Of a stretch of 64,000 nt of DNA, positions 29,356-38,264 are shown piece by piece. The notes beneath the pieces were generated by a model that worked only from the letters and a program-made list of their open reading frames with translations, had not been told where the DNA came from and ran no database searches. Origin of the DNA: an uncultured Christensenella sp. Lineage in GTDB: Bacteria; Bacillota; Clostridia; Christensenellales; UBA1750. The translations under genes and the position numbers were made by a program. Every line of letters begins with the position of its first letter. Positions within the stretch are counted from its first letter, which is position 1. The stretch spans positions 11,213-75,212 of the forward strand of contig CAOKIU010000003.1 of NCBI GenBank assembly GCA_948468595.1. Direction: 5' to 3'.

Positions 29356-31542
29356 ATGGAACACAAGATCTATCAAACCACTTTGGCCGGCCGGCCGCTT
29401 TCCTTTGAGTTCGGCCGCTATGCCGAGCAGGCGGCGGGGTCCGTCCTGGTCCGCTATGGCGATACGGTGGTGCTGGTCTGCGCCACCGTGGCAGACACGC
29501 CCCGTCCCGGCATCGACTTCTTCCCCCTCAGCGTGGATTTTGAGGAGAAGCAGTACTCCGTAGGCAAGATCCCCGGCGGCTTTATCAAGCGCGAGGGCCG
29601 GCCCACCGAAAAGGCCATCCTCACCTCCCGTCTGATCGACCGTCCCCTGCGCCCGCTCTTCCCCAAGGGCATGCGCAACGACGTATCGGTCGTGGCGACG
29701 GTTCTTTCCAACGACAACGACTGCTCCCCTGAGATCCCGGCGATGCTGGGGTCCTCCGTCGCCCTTTGCGTATCGGAAATCCCCTTTGCCGGGCCCACGG
29801 GCGCGGTGGTGGTGGGCCTTGTGGATGGGGAAATGGTCATCAACCCCACGGTGGAACAGCGCGGCAAGAGCGATCTGCACTTGACGGTGGCAGGCACCAA
29901 GGACGCCATTATGATGGTGGAGGCGGGCGCCAACGAGGTCAGCGAGGAGCAGATGCTCCAGGCCATTTTGCTGGCCCACGAGGAGATCAAAAAGCTGGTC
30001 GCCTTCCAGGAGGGCATTGTGGCCGAGATCGGCAAGGAGAAGCGCGAATTCACCCTGATCACGGTTTCGGACGAGGTGGCCGCGGCCGTGCGCGAATTCG
30101 CCTACGAAAAGGTGGAGTGGGCGTTTGAGTCCTTCGACCGCGCCGAGCGCAGCGCCAGGGAGGAGCAGGTCAAGGCCGAGACCATCGAGCACTTTGCCGA
30201 GACCTTCCCCGACAAGGCGGGCGAAATCTCCGACGCGCTCTACGCGCTCAACAAAGAGGTCATGCGCAAGAAGATTCTGGAGCACGGCGTGCGGCCCGAC
30301 GGCCGGTCGCTGACCCAGGTGCGCCCCATTTGGAGCGAGGTGGGCATTCTGCCCCGCGCGCACGGCTCGGCGGTCTTCACCCGCGGCCAGACGCAGGTCA
30401 TGTCGGTGTGCACCCTGGGGCCCATGAGCGATGTGCAGACGCTGGACGGCATCTCCAACGAGGAGTCCAAGCGCTACATGCACCACTACAACATGCCGCC
30501 CTATTCCACCGGCGAGTCGCGGCCGCTCCGCTCCCCCGGGCGCCGGGAGATCGGCCACGGCGCGCTGGCTGAGCGCGCGCTGGAGCCCATGATCCCCTCC
30601 ACGGAGGACTTCCCCTACGCCATCCGCGTGGTGTCCGAGGCGATCTCCTCCAACGGCTCCACCTCCCAGGCCTCCATCTGCGGCTCCACCATGGCGCTGA
30701 TGGACGCGGGCGTGCCCATCAAAAAGCCGGTGGCGGGCTGCGCCATGGGTCTGATCAAGGACCAGGAGAGCGGGAAGGTCGCGGTGCTGACCGATATTCA
30801 GGGCCTGGAGGACTTCCTGGGCGATATGGACTTTAAGGTGGCGGGCACCAAGGACGGCATCACCGCCATTCAGATGGATATCAAGATCAAGGGCATTGAC
30901 GAGCCCATCCTGCGCCAGGCGCTGGCCCAGGCGCTGGAGGGCCGGATGCACATCATGGGCAAGATGATGGAGACCATCTCCCAGCCCCGGGAGGAGCTCT
31001 CCAAGTGGGCGCCCAAGATCATCACCTTCACCATCCACCCCGACAAGATCCGCGAGGTCATCGGCTCCGGCGGCAAGGTCATCAACAAGATCATTGCCGA
31101 TACCGGCGTTAAGATCGACATCGAGGACGACGGCAGCGTATTTATCGCCACCCCCGACGCCGAGGCCGCCCAGAAGGCGCGCAAGATCATCGAGGGCATT
31201 GCCAACGGCGTGGAAGTGGGCGCCGAGTACGTGGGCAAGGTGGTGCGCATCATCCCCATCGGCGCGTTCATCGAGCTGCTGCCCGGCAAGGACGGCATGC
31301 TGCACATCTCCAAGATGGCCAACGAGCGCGTGGAAAAGGTCGAGGATGTGATGAACATCGGCGACGAGATCAAGGTGCGCGTGGCCAACATCGACTCGCA
31401 GGGCCGGGTCAACCTCGCCCGCGCCGATATGGTGATCGAGGAAAAGCCCCGCGCGCCGCGCCGCGACCACGACCGCGGAGACGCGCCCAAGAGCAACTAC
31501 CCCTTCCGCTCCAACGGCAACCGCCGCCGGAATGACGACTAA
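29356..31542 (+). CDS. pnp: Polyribonucleotide nucleotidyltransferase (PNPase)
   Basis: 728 aa. Two RNase PH domains, then KH ([11 protein letters not shown]) and S1 ([15 protein letters not shown]) domains. Confidence 0.97.
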   Translation: MEHKIYQTTLAGRPLSFEFGRYAEQAAGSVLVRYGDTVVLVCATVADTPRPGIDFFPLSVDFEEKQYSVGKIPGGFIKREGRPTEKAILTSRLIDRPLRPLFPKGMRNDVSVVATVLSNDNDCSPEIPAMLGSSVALCVSEIPFAGPTGAVVVGLVDGEMVINPTVEQRGKSDLHLTVAGTKDAIMMVEAGANEVSEEQMLQAILLAHEEIKKLVAFQEGIVAEIGKEKREFTLITVSDEVAAAVREFAYEKVEWAFESFDRAERSAREEQVKAETIEHFAETFPDKAGEISDALYALNKEVMRKKILEHGVRPDGRSLTQVRPIWSEVGILPRAHGSAVFTRGQTQVMSVCTLGPMSDVQTLDGISNEESKRYMHHYNMPPYSTGESRPLRSPGRREIGHGALAERALEPMIPSTEDFPYAIRVVSEAISSNGSTSQASICGSTMALMDAGVPIKKPVAGCAMGLIKDQESGKVAVLTDIQGLEDFLGDMDFKVAGTKDGITAIQMDIKIKGIDEPILRQALAQALEGRMHIMGKMMETISQPREELSKWAPKIITFTIHPDKIREVIGSGGKVINKIIADTGVKIDIEDDGSVFIATPDAEAAQKARKIIEGIANGVEVGAEYVGKVVRIIPIGAFIELLPGKDGMLHISKMANERVEKVEDVMNIGDEIKVRVANIDSQGRVNLARADMVIEEKPRAPRRDHDRGDAPKSNYPFRSNGNRRRNDD

Positions 31543-31562
31543 GCGAATTCAAGCCCAAACAA

Positions 31563-31586
31563 GGGGACGATGCGTGCATCGTCCCC
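31563..31586 (+). repeat. GC hairpin GGGGACGATGCGTGCATCGTCCCC (copy 1 of 2)
   Basis: Near-identical to the terminator hairpin at 31697..31720 (one loop difference), but lacks a T-tract. 20 nt after the pnp stop. Confidence 0.6.
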
Positions 31587-31696
31587 TCCGCGCATCGGCA
31601 GGGCCGGCGCGCCTGTTGCCGCCGCGGATGAAATAGAGGGGGCGCGGCCCCTTCCCCGCATCCCCGGGAATCAGCCTGGGGGGATCGACCCTCTGA

Positions 31697-31724
31697 GGGG
31701 ACGATGTGTGCATCGTCCCCTTTT
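31697..31724 (+). terminator. Rho-independent terminator (hairpin copy 2)
   Basis: GGGGACGATGTGTGCATCGTCCCC followed by TTTT. Confidence 0.65.
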
Positions 31725-31751
31725 GATCAGCACTTTGGAGGAAAAAACGAT

Positions 31752-33005
31752 ATGGCATACGACCTGACGACCCTCAAAAACGGCCTGCGCGTGGTGGCGG
31801 AGAAAATGCCCGCGGTGCGCACCGTCGCCGTGGGCGTGTTCGTGCGCACCGGCGCGGTCAACGAGAGCGCGCAGGAGAGCGGCTATTCTCACTTTGTGGA
31901 GCACATGGTCTTCAAGGGCACAAAGGAGAAGGACGCGGCGCAGCTGGCGGACGAAATGGACCGGCTGGGCGGGGCGACCAACGCCTTCACCGCGAAGGAG
32001 AGCACCTGCTTTTACACCAAGGTGCTCGACGAGCACCTGGAGCGCGGCCTCGGCCTGCTGGCGGACCTGCTACTGCATCCGGCGTTCCCGCCGGAGGACC
32101 TGGAGCGGGAAAAGGGCGTGGTGATCGAGGAAATCGCCATGTGCGAGGACAACCCCGAGGACCTGGTTCACGAGCTGCTCTCCGACGCACAGTACGCGGG
32201 CCATCCGCTGGGCATGCCCATCCTGGGGACGGAGGAGACGGTGCGGGGCATCACAAGGGACAAGCTGCTGGACTTCATGGGCCGGCATTACACGCCCCAA
32301 AACACCGTGATCTCGGTGGCGGGCAGCTATGACTGGGAGGAGCTTGTGCGCCTGATCGACCGATTCTTCGGCGCGTGGAGCGCCGTGGGGCCGCAGGTGG
32401 CGCAGCTGCCCGCCGCGCCGGTCCAGTGCAGCCGCCTGACGCGCGACAAGGACACCGAGCAGGTGCAAATCTGCGTGGGCTACCCCGCTTTTAAGGGCAA
32501 TACGCGGGAAAGCTATGCGCAGCTCATCCTCACCACGCTCTTTGGCGGGGCGATGTCCTCGCGCCTGTTCCAAACGATTCGGGAGCAGAACGGCCTGGCG
32601 TATTCGGTTTACAGCTATATCAACGTCTATTCCGGCGTGGGCGGAATGGAGCTTTACGCGGGCACCTCGCCGGAGACGGCGCAAAGGGTGGTGGACCTGA
32701 TGGGCCAGGAGGTCAAACTGCTCGTGCGCGACGGGGTTTCGCAGGAGGAGTTCCTAAAGGCCAAGGAGGCCGCGAAGATCTCCTTTGTCATGGGGCAGGA
32801 GAGCAGTACCTCGCGCATGCGCGGCAACGGCAACGTGATGCTCCTCTACGGCTGCACGCGCCCCTGCGAAGAGATTTTGACCAAGCTGGAGAGCATCACC
32901 CTTGACGAGGTCAACGCCGTGGCGCGCAGCATCTTCGGCGCGCCGTACTGCACGGCGGTGGTGGGCCGGACGGCCGCGCCGCTCTCCTTCCACGCTTTTG
33001 ACTGA
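31752..33005 (+). CDS. M16 family (insulinase-like) zinc peptidase
   Basis: ATG 31752 after GGAGG. HFVEHMVFKGT (inverted HxxEH zinc motif). About 417 aa. Confidence 0.9.
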   Translation: MAYDLTTLKNGLRVVAEKMPAVRTVAVGVFVRTGAVNESAQESGYSHFVEHMVFKGTKEKDAAQLADEMDRLGGATNAFTAKESTCFYTKVLDEHLERGLGLLADLLLHPAFPPEDLEREKGVVIEEIAMCEDNPEDLVHELLSDAQYAGHPLGMPILGTEETVRGITRDKLLDFMGRHYTPQNTVISVAGSYDWEELVRLIDRFFGAWSAVGPQVAQLPAAPVQCSRLTRDKDTEQVQICVGYPAFKGNTRESYAQLILTTLFGGAMSSRLFQTIREQNGLAYSVYSYINVYSGVGGMELYAGTSPETAQRVVDLMGQEVKLLVRDGVSQEEFLKAKEAAKISFVMGQESSTSRMRGNGNVMLLYGCTRPCEEILTKLESITLDEVNAVARSIFGAPYCTAVVGRTAAPLSFHAFD

Positions 33006-33098
33006 CCGGCGGGGCGGCGGCGCGCTCCGCCGCGTTTGCCGCCCTCCCTCAAATAACCCTGCGCCTTTGCGGGCATACTGCCTGTGGAGGTGTTTTTT

Positions 33099-33785
33099 AT
33101 GGCACAGAACGAAAGCAAGTCGCAAAATATCGAGAACATTGAAGCCGTCGGCACGTCCCAGCTGGGGCAGGATAATCCCATTGCGTGCATATCCATCATC
33201 GGGCAGATCGAGGGGCACATGGCGCTCTCGGACCAGAGCAAGACGACCAAGTACGAGCATATCCTGCCCATGCTGGTCAACATTGAGCAGAGCGAAAAGG
33301 TCAAGGGCTTCCTGCTCATCCTCAACACCGTGGGCGGGGACGTGGAGGCGGGCCTTGCCATCGCGGAAATGGTGGCGGGCATGCGCAAGCCCTCGGTCTC
33401 GCTGGTGATCGGCGGCGGGCACTCCATCGGCGTGCCGCTGGCGGTGTGCACGCGGAAATCCTTTATCGTGCCGTCCGCCACCATGACGCTGCACCCTGTG
33501 CGGGTATCCGGCATGGTGATCAACGCGCCGCAGTCCATCGACTACCTAAAGGAGATGCAGGAGCGCGTTGTGCGCTTCGTCTGCGAGCACTCGGGGTTGC
33601 CCAGCGAGCGGTTTTACCAGATGCTGGAGGCGCGCGAGGACATGGCCAACGACGTGGGCACCATCCTGGACGGGGATGCGGCGGTCGCGTGCGGGTTGAT
33701 CGACCAGGTGGGCGGCCTGGGCGACGCGCTGGAGGAGATTCGCCGGCTGACGGACGGGGAACACAGCGGGGAGCAGAGACGTTAA
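33099..33785 (+). CDS. tepA: ClpP-fold protein, translocation-enhancing protein TepA-like
   Basis: ATG 33099 after GGAGG. ILNTVGGDVEAGLAIAEM...GGGHSIGVPLAV...TMTLHPVR has the ClpP/TepA family layout. Confidence 0.75.
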   Translation: MAQNESKSQNIENIEAVGTSQLGQDNPIACISIIGQIEGHMALSDQSKTTKYEHILPMLVNIEQSEKVKGFLLILNTVGGDVEAGLAIAEMVAGMRKPSVSLVIGGGHSIGVPLAVCTRKSFIVPSATMTLHPVRVSGMVINAPQSIDYLKEMQERVVRFVCEHSGLPSERFYQMLEAREDMANDVGTILDGDAAVACGLIDQVGGLGDALEEIRRLTDGEHSGEQRR

Positions 33786-33892
33786 TATTGGTGGGAAAAC
33801 CGCCGACTGGCCGGCCGGCGGATTTACTTTCCGGCCGGCTTGGTGTAAAATAGTGGAGTGATTAAGGACGCCGTGCCGGATTGAGGGTTGTT

Positions 33893-34414
33893 ATGGAATA
33901 TTTTCTGCGTTTTCTGCTCTGCCTGCTGAGGTGGACGCTGATTGTGGTGGTGGTCGTGTCGCTATCGGTGGGCGCGTTCACCTTTGCGATGAACTATGCC
34001 AACATCACCATTTTGGTGACCGATGGCATGAAGACCAGGACGGGCGTTGTGCTGGGCTATACCGAGCGCGACGAGCTGCCCAAATTCTTTGCGGAGAGCT
34101 ATCTTGCGGGCGATCGCCTGTTGGAGGATACGACCTATACCGACTTTACCATCAACCGCTTTGACGCGCAGGTGGAGATTCTCTCCCTGCATACGCTGCC
34201 CTGGGAGGATACGGCTACCGTGCGCCTGACCGAGACCGCAACCATCGATGGAGAGCTGCCCATCAGCAAGCAGACGCCCGAACAGCTGGCCAATCCCAAC
34301 AAGATCCGGCCGCCCGAATGGCAGGACGGCTCCTACGAGCTGACGCTGGTGAAGACCCAGGAGCAATGGATCATCGCGGATATGAAGGAAATCCCGCTAA
34401 AGCAGGAGGCGTAA
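33893..34414 (+). CDS. Membrane-anchored hypothetical protein
   Basis: ATG 33893 (the track begins at TTG 33881). One N-terminal TM helix (WTLIVVVVVSLSVGAFTFAM) and a soluble domain of about 130 aa with no motif I recognise. Confidence 0.6.
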   Translation: MEYFLRFLLCLLRWTLIVVVVVSLSVGAFTFAMNYANITILVTDGMKTRTGVVLGYTERDELPKFFAESYLAGDRLLEDTTYTDFTINRFDAQVEILSLHTLPWEDTATVRLTETATIDGELPISKQTPEQLANPNKIRPPEWQDGSYELTLVKTQEQWIIADMKEIPLKQEA

Positions 34415-34417
34415 GGC

Positions 34418-35389
34418 TTGCTGATCGAAAAAAACAGCCTGATTCTCGCGCCGATGGCAGGCGTGACGGACTATGTCTACCGCATGATCTGCACGCAGTT
34501 CGGGGCGCAGGCGACGGTGACGGAAATGGTCTCGGCCAAGGGCACGCTGCTCACCCCCAAGGAGCGTCTGGACGTGGTGCAGCTTCGCCAGACCAGTCCC
34601 GCCGAAAGATGCGCCCTACAGATCTTTGGTTCCGATGCGGACTTCATGGGCCGCGCGGCAGAGCGGCTGGGCGAGAGCCGCTTTTTTGCGTTGGATGTAA
34701 ACATGGGCTGCCCCGCGAATAAGATCGTCTCCGGCGGGGACGGGAGCGCGATGCTCAAGGACTTGAAGAACGCCGAAAGGGTCCTCAAGGAGGTGGTCCG
34801 CCGCTCCCCTCTGCCCGTGACGGTGAAAATGCGCATGGGCTGGGATGAGGATTCCCTGTGCTATCTTGAGGCGGGGCGCATGGCGCAGGACTGCGGCGCG
34901 GCGGCGGTGACGCTGCATGGCCGCACGCGGCAGGAGATGTACTCCGGCCGGGCGCACTGGGACGCCATTGCGCGCCTTGCTTCCACGCTCGCCATACCCG
35001 TGGTCGGCAACGGCGATATCGCCTCTGCCGCGGATGCGCAGCGCATGCTGCGGGAGACGGGCTGCCACGCGGCCATGGTGGGGCGCGGGGCAATGGGCAA
35101 TCCATGGCTCTTCCGGGACTGGGCGCGGGCCGAGCAGGGGCTGCCGCCGCTTGTCGTCACTCCCCGGGAGCGCATCGAGACCGCGCTTGCGCACATGCGC
35201 CTGCTCATCGGGCACAAGGGCGAATACATCGGCCTTAGGGAGATGCGCAAGCACATGGCCTGGTATTTAAAGGGCCTGCGCGGCAGCGCACAGGTGCGCG
35301 TGCGCATCAACACGGCGGAAAGCCCTGCGCAGATGGAGGACATCCTGCAACGCTATGCAGAGGAGCTGGTTGCGCATGGACAGGAATGA
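34418..35389 (+). CDS. dusB: tRNA-dihydrouridine synthase
   Basis: TTG start 8 nt after GGAGG. LAPMAGVTD, LDVNMGCP and TVKMRMGW are typical Dus motifs. Confidence 0.9.
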   Translation: MLIEKNSLILAPMAGVTDYVYRMICTQFGAQATVTEMVSAKGTLLTPKERLDVVQLRQTSPAERCALQIFGSDADFMGRAAERLGESRFFALDVNMGCPANKIVSGGDGSAMLKDLKNAERVLKEVVRRSPLPVTVKMRMGWDEDSLCYLEAGRMAQDCGAAAVTLHGRTRQEMYSGRAHWDAIARLASTLAIPVVGNGDIASAADAQRMLRETGCHAAMVGRGAMGNPWLFRDWARAEQGLPPLVVTPRERIETALAHMRLLIGHKGEYIGLREMRKHMAWYLKGLRGSAQVRVRINTAESPAQMEDILQRYAEELVAHGQE

Positions 35390-35561
35390 ACCGCGCGTCC
35401 TGGGCGGGGCGTCCGGCTGGGTGGAGATCGAGGTTGACGACGATTTCTCCGCGCCGCCATCGCCGGAGAGCCTGGCGGCTGTGGAAAAAAACCGGGAAAT
35501 CATCGGCCGCGCAGCCCGTCAACGGGGGCGGCTTGAGCCTGAGAGAACATCCTTTGATTAA
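35376..35561 (+). CDS. Possible 61-aa ORF overlapping the dusB stop
   Basis: ATG 35376 lies in gcgcATGGACAGGAATGA, so it overlaps the dusB stop by 14 nt. GC3-rich codons. Ends 52 nt before terminator 35614. No recognisable motif. Confidence 0.3.
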   Translation: MDRNEPRVLGGASGWVEIEVDDDFSAPPSPESLAAVEKNREIIGRAARQRGRLEPERTSFD

Positions 35562-35613
35562 AACGCAGTTTTTTCCTCCCCGGCGGCGCACGGATGGCCG
35601 CCCGCGGCGGAAC

Positions 35614-35650
35614 AAAGAAGAGGCGCGCAAGGCGCCTCTTCTTTGTATGC
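35614..35650 (+). terminator. Rho-independent terminator after dusB
   Basis: AAAGAAGAGGCGC-loop-GCGCCTCTTCTTT (13-bp stem), followed by a T-containing tail. Confidence 0.65.
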
Positions 35651-35695
35651 CGATTCTTTATTTGGTAACCCTAACGCTGAGGAGGTGAGGAGTCG

Positions 35696-36367
35696 GTGAT
35701 TTTGACGCAGGAACTCAAAAAGGTCTATCGCAACGGCGCGTGTGAGGTTTCGGCGGTGCGCGGGGTGACGTTGGAGGTGCTCGACGGGGATTTTGTGGCG
35801 ATTGTGGGCCCCTCGGGGAGCGGAAAATCGACGCTGATGAACGTGCTGGGATGCCTGGACGCGGCCACAGCCGGATACTATGCCTTGGACGGTGAGGATG
35901 TGACCCAGCTCACCAGCGACGGTTTGGCGCGCGTGCGCAGCCGCAAGATCGGCTTCGTGTTCCAGAATTTCAACCTATTGCCGCGGCTTACGGCGGAGGA
36001 AAACGTGGCGCTGCCGCTGATGTACATGGGCGTGCCCGTGCGCGAGCGCCGCGAGCGGGCGGAACAGGCGCTGGGCAGCGTGGGGCTGTACCACCGGCGC
36101 GGCCACCTGCCCGCGGAGATGAGCGGCGGGCAGCAGCAGCGCGTGGCCATCGCGCGGGCGCTGATCACCCGTCCGCCGCTTCTGCTGGCGGACGAGCCGA
36201 CCGGCAATCTGGACAGCGTCTCCGGCGGGGACATCATGCGCTACATGACTCGGCTCAACGCCGAGGGCACCACCGTGGTGCTCATCACCCATGACGACGG
36301 CGTGGCGCGCAAGTGCCGGCGGCGCGTCGAAATGCGCGATGGCGTGATCCGCGAGCTGCGGCCTTGA
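35696..36367 (+). CDS. ABC transporter ATP-binding protein (MacB/LolD/FtsE-like), no adjacent permease
   Basis: GTG start after GAGGAGGTGAGGAG. Walker A GPSGSGKST, signature MSGGQQQRVAIARA, Walker B LLLADEPTGNLD. Confidence 0.9.
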   Translation: MILTQELKKVYRNGACEVSAVRGVTLEVLDGDFVAIVGPSGSGKSTLMNVLGCLDAATAGYYALDGEDVTQLTSDGLARVRSRKIGFVFQNFNLLPRLTAEENVALPLMYMGVPVRERRERAEQALGSVGLYHRRGHLPAEMSGGQQQRVAIARALITRPPLLLADEPTGNLDSVSGGDIMRYMTRLNAEGTTVVLITHDDGVARKCRRRVEMRDGVIRELRP

Positions 36368-36433
36368 GCGCAGCGCCTTGTGGCAAAACCCTCCCCTTGC
36401 GCGTAAACTGTGCTGAAAGGGAGGGGTTTTGTA

Positions 36434-36571
36434 ATGGGGGAATTGTCCGTGCGCGAGCTGCGGCAGATTCTCCTGCTGCTGCTGTTGATGCTCAACAAGG
36501 ATCAGGAAGAGGACGGCGCGGAGGAGATGCTTCTGCTGCTACTGATGATGGTGATGATGGACGATGACTGA
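36434..36571 (+). CDS. Possible 45-codon micro-ORF (Leu/Met-rich, acidic)
   Basis: Below the track cutoff. GGGAGGGG lies 8 nt before ATG 36434. Translation: MGELSVRELRQILLLLLLMLNKDQEEDGAEEMLLLLLMMVMMDDD. The stop is immediately followed by a 17-bp hairpin. Confidence 0.3.
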   Translation: MGELSVRELRQILLLLLLMLNKDQEEDGAEEMLLLLLMMVMMDDD

Positions 36572-36572
36572 G

Positions 36573-36612
36573 GAAGAGCGCGGGAGGGGACGCACCCCTC
36601 TCCGCGCTCTTC
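36573..36612. terminator. GC-rich hairpin (about 17-bp stem with one bulge)
   Basis: GAAGAGCGCGGGAGGGG-ACGCA-CCCCTCTCCGCGCTCTTC. No clear U-tract. Confidence 0.45.
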
Positions 36613-36666
36613 TGTCCGCGCGCCGGTTTTGCCATCGCCTGGACTGAACGCCAAACGCGCGCTTTC

Positions 36667-36732
36667 AGGCGGCGCGAAGCGCCGCCTGGGGTAGCGGGGG
36701 GAAGGGGCGCAGCCCCTTCCCCCCGCTACCCC
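36667..36732. terminator. Two consecutive GC hairpins (9-bp and 21-bp perfect stems)
   Basis: AGGCGGCGC-GAA-GCGCCGCCT, then GGGGTAGCGGGGGGAAGGGGC-GCA-GCCCCTTCCCCCCGCTACCCC. These lie 14 nt beyond the stop of the minus-strand lipoprotein gene. Confidence 0.5.
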
Positions 36733-36745
36733 GCCCCCCGGCGGG

Positions 36746-37186
36746 TCACTCGCGGTTGTCCATTAATTGCAGCGTGCCGCCGCCCGATTCGTACCAAAGC
36801 TGCACCTTCAGCAGGCCCTGCGTGCCCTCCAGCGCGGCGATGTAGAGCGTCTCGCTCTCCTCCTCCACATCGGTAAAGCCCGCCTCCTTCAACGCCTCCA
36901 AGTAGCGTTTGATCACGCGGCTGTCCGGCTCGGTAAAGGCCGCGAAAAAGAGCGTCTCGTCCGTCTGCGTCATGACGTCCAGCCGGGTGGTCAAGGCGGG
37001 CAGCAGCGTCGCCATGCCCTCCTCGGGCCACATCACATCCTCTTGGTAGATGACCACGGGCGTCGGAGTCGGCGTGGGCTCCGGGGTTGGCTGCGGTGTG
37101 GCGGTGGCCACCAACGGCCCGTCCGTGCACGCGCTGAGCGCAAGCATTGCGGCCAGCAGGAGCAGTAGCGCAAAATATCTTTTCAT
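36746..37186 (-). CDS. Lipoprotein, function unknown
   Basis: Lipobox LAAMLALSAC, a Pro/Thr linker (TPQPTPEPTPTPTP) and a globular domain of about 95 aa. Confidence 0.7.
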   Translation of the reverse strand: MKRYFALLLLLAAMLALSACTDGPLVATATPQPTPEPTPTPTPVVIYQEDVMWPEEGMATLLPALTTRLDVMTQTDETLFFAAFTEPDSRVIKRYLEALKEAGFTDVEEESETLYIAALEGTQGLLKVQLWYESGGGTLQLMDNRE

Positions 37187-37309
37187 CCTTCCGAAACTCC
37201 TTTGTGTAAAGTGTCGGCGCGTCGCCGCTTTATTTGTATAGTATACACAAAAACATTCCCGAAGGGAAGGGGCAATCCGCAGCGTGTGCCCGCGCTCCCG
37301 CCCGTCGCT

Positions 37310-38209
37310 TTACAGCAGCCTCGCGGCCTCCAAGTCTTTTGCGATGCGGCGCGAGAGCTCCTCCCTGGAACCGAACTTCTTTTCGTCACGAATGCGCGCC
37401 ACAAAGGATACGCGGGCGGCCTCGCCGTACACCTCGCCGGAAAAGTTGAGCAGATGCGCTTCCAGCGTGGGGGCGTCGCTGCCCACGGTGGGCTTGAGGC
37501 CCAGGTTGAACATGGCGCGATAATCCCTGCCGCCCAAGCGGGCATAGCCAAAGTACACGCCGAACTTGGGCAGCAGCTTGCCCTTGGGAATGCCGATGTT
37601 GATCGTGGGAAAGCCCAAGCTGTGCCCGATGCGCCGGCCATGGACGATGGGGCCGCCGATGGAATAGGCGCGGCCCAGCAGCGCGGCTGCGCGCCGCACA
37701 TCTCCCTGCGTGAGCAGGTTGCGGATGTTGGTGGAAGAGACGTCCATGCCCGAGACGCCCAGCTTGGGCGCGACGTGCAGCACAAACCCCATCTGCTTGG
37801 AGAGCCTGTCCAGCAGGTCAATATCCCCCGCGCCGCCCGCGCCAAAGGTGTAGTTTTCCCCCACGACGATGTGCCGCGCCCGGTACTTGCGAACCAGCTG
37901 CGCCGCAAACGCCTCGGCCGGCAGGTCCGCCAGGCTCCGGGTAAAGGGCAGCAGCACCAGCTCCTCAATGCCGCAGCGCGAGGCCAGCAGCGCTTTTTCC
38001 GCGGGCAGGGTGAGCAGCGGCGGCGCGCCGGCGCCCACCACCGAGAGGGGATGGTTGAGGAAGGATATGGCGCAGGGCGTCAGGTTCTCCATCAGGGCGA
38101 TGGTCTGCGTCACCTCCATCACCGTTTGATGGCCCAGGTGCACGCCGTCAAAGGTCCCCAGGGCGACCGCCTTTTCCGTCCCGCTTAGCGCGGTTGTATA
38201 GCACTTCAT
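37310..38209 (-). CDS. ribF: Bifunctional riboflavin kinase / FAD synthetase
   Basis: ATG 38209 (MKCYTTAL...). GTFDGVHLGHQ nucleotidyltransferase motif and a GFPTINI riboflavin kinase motif. Confidence 0.92.
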   Translation of the reverse strand: MKCYTTALSGTEKAVALGTFDGVHLGHQTVMEVTQTIALMENLTPCAISFLNHPLSVVGAGAPPLLTLPAEKALLASRCGIEELVLLPFTRSLADLPAEAFAAQLVRKYRARHIVVGENYTFGAGGAGDIDLLDRLSKQMGFVLHVAPKLGVSGMDVSSTNIRNLLTQGDVRRAAALLGRAYSIGGPIVHGRRIGHSLGFPTINIGIPKGKLLPKFGVYFGYARLGGRDYRAMFNLGLKPTVGSDAPTLEAHLLNFSGEVYGEAARVSFVARIRDEKKFGSREELSRRIAKDLEAARLL

Positions 38210-38264
38210 TTGAATTCCCCCGCATCCTTTTCTATGATCCGCGCCCAAGCCCCCGCGCTCGCTC

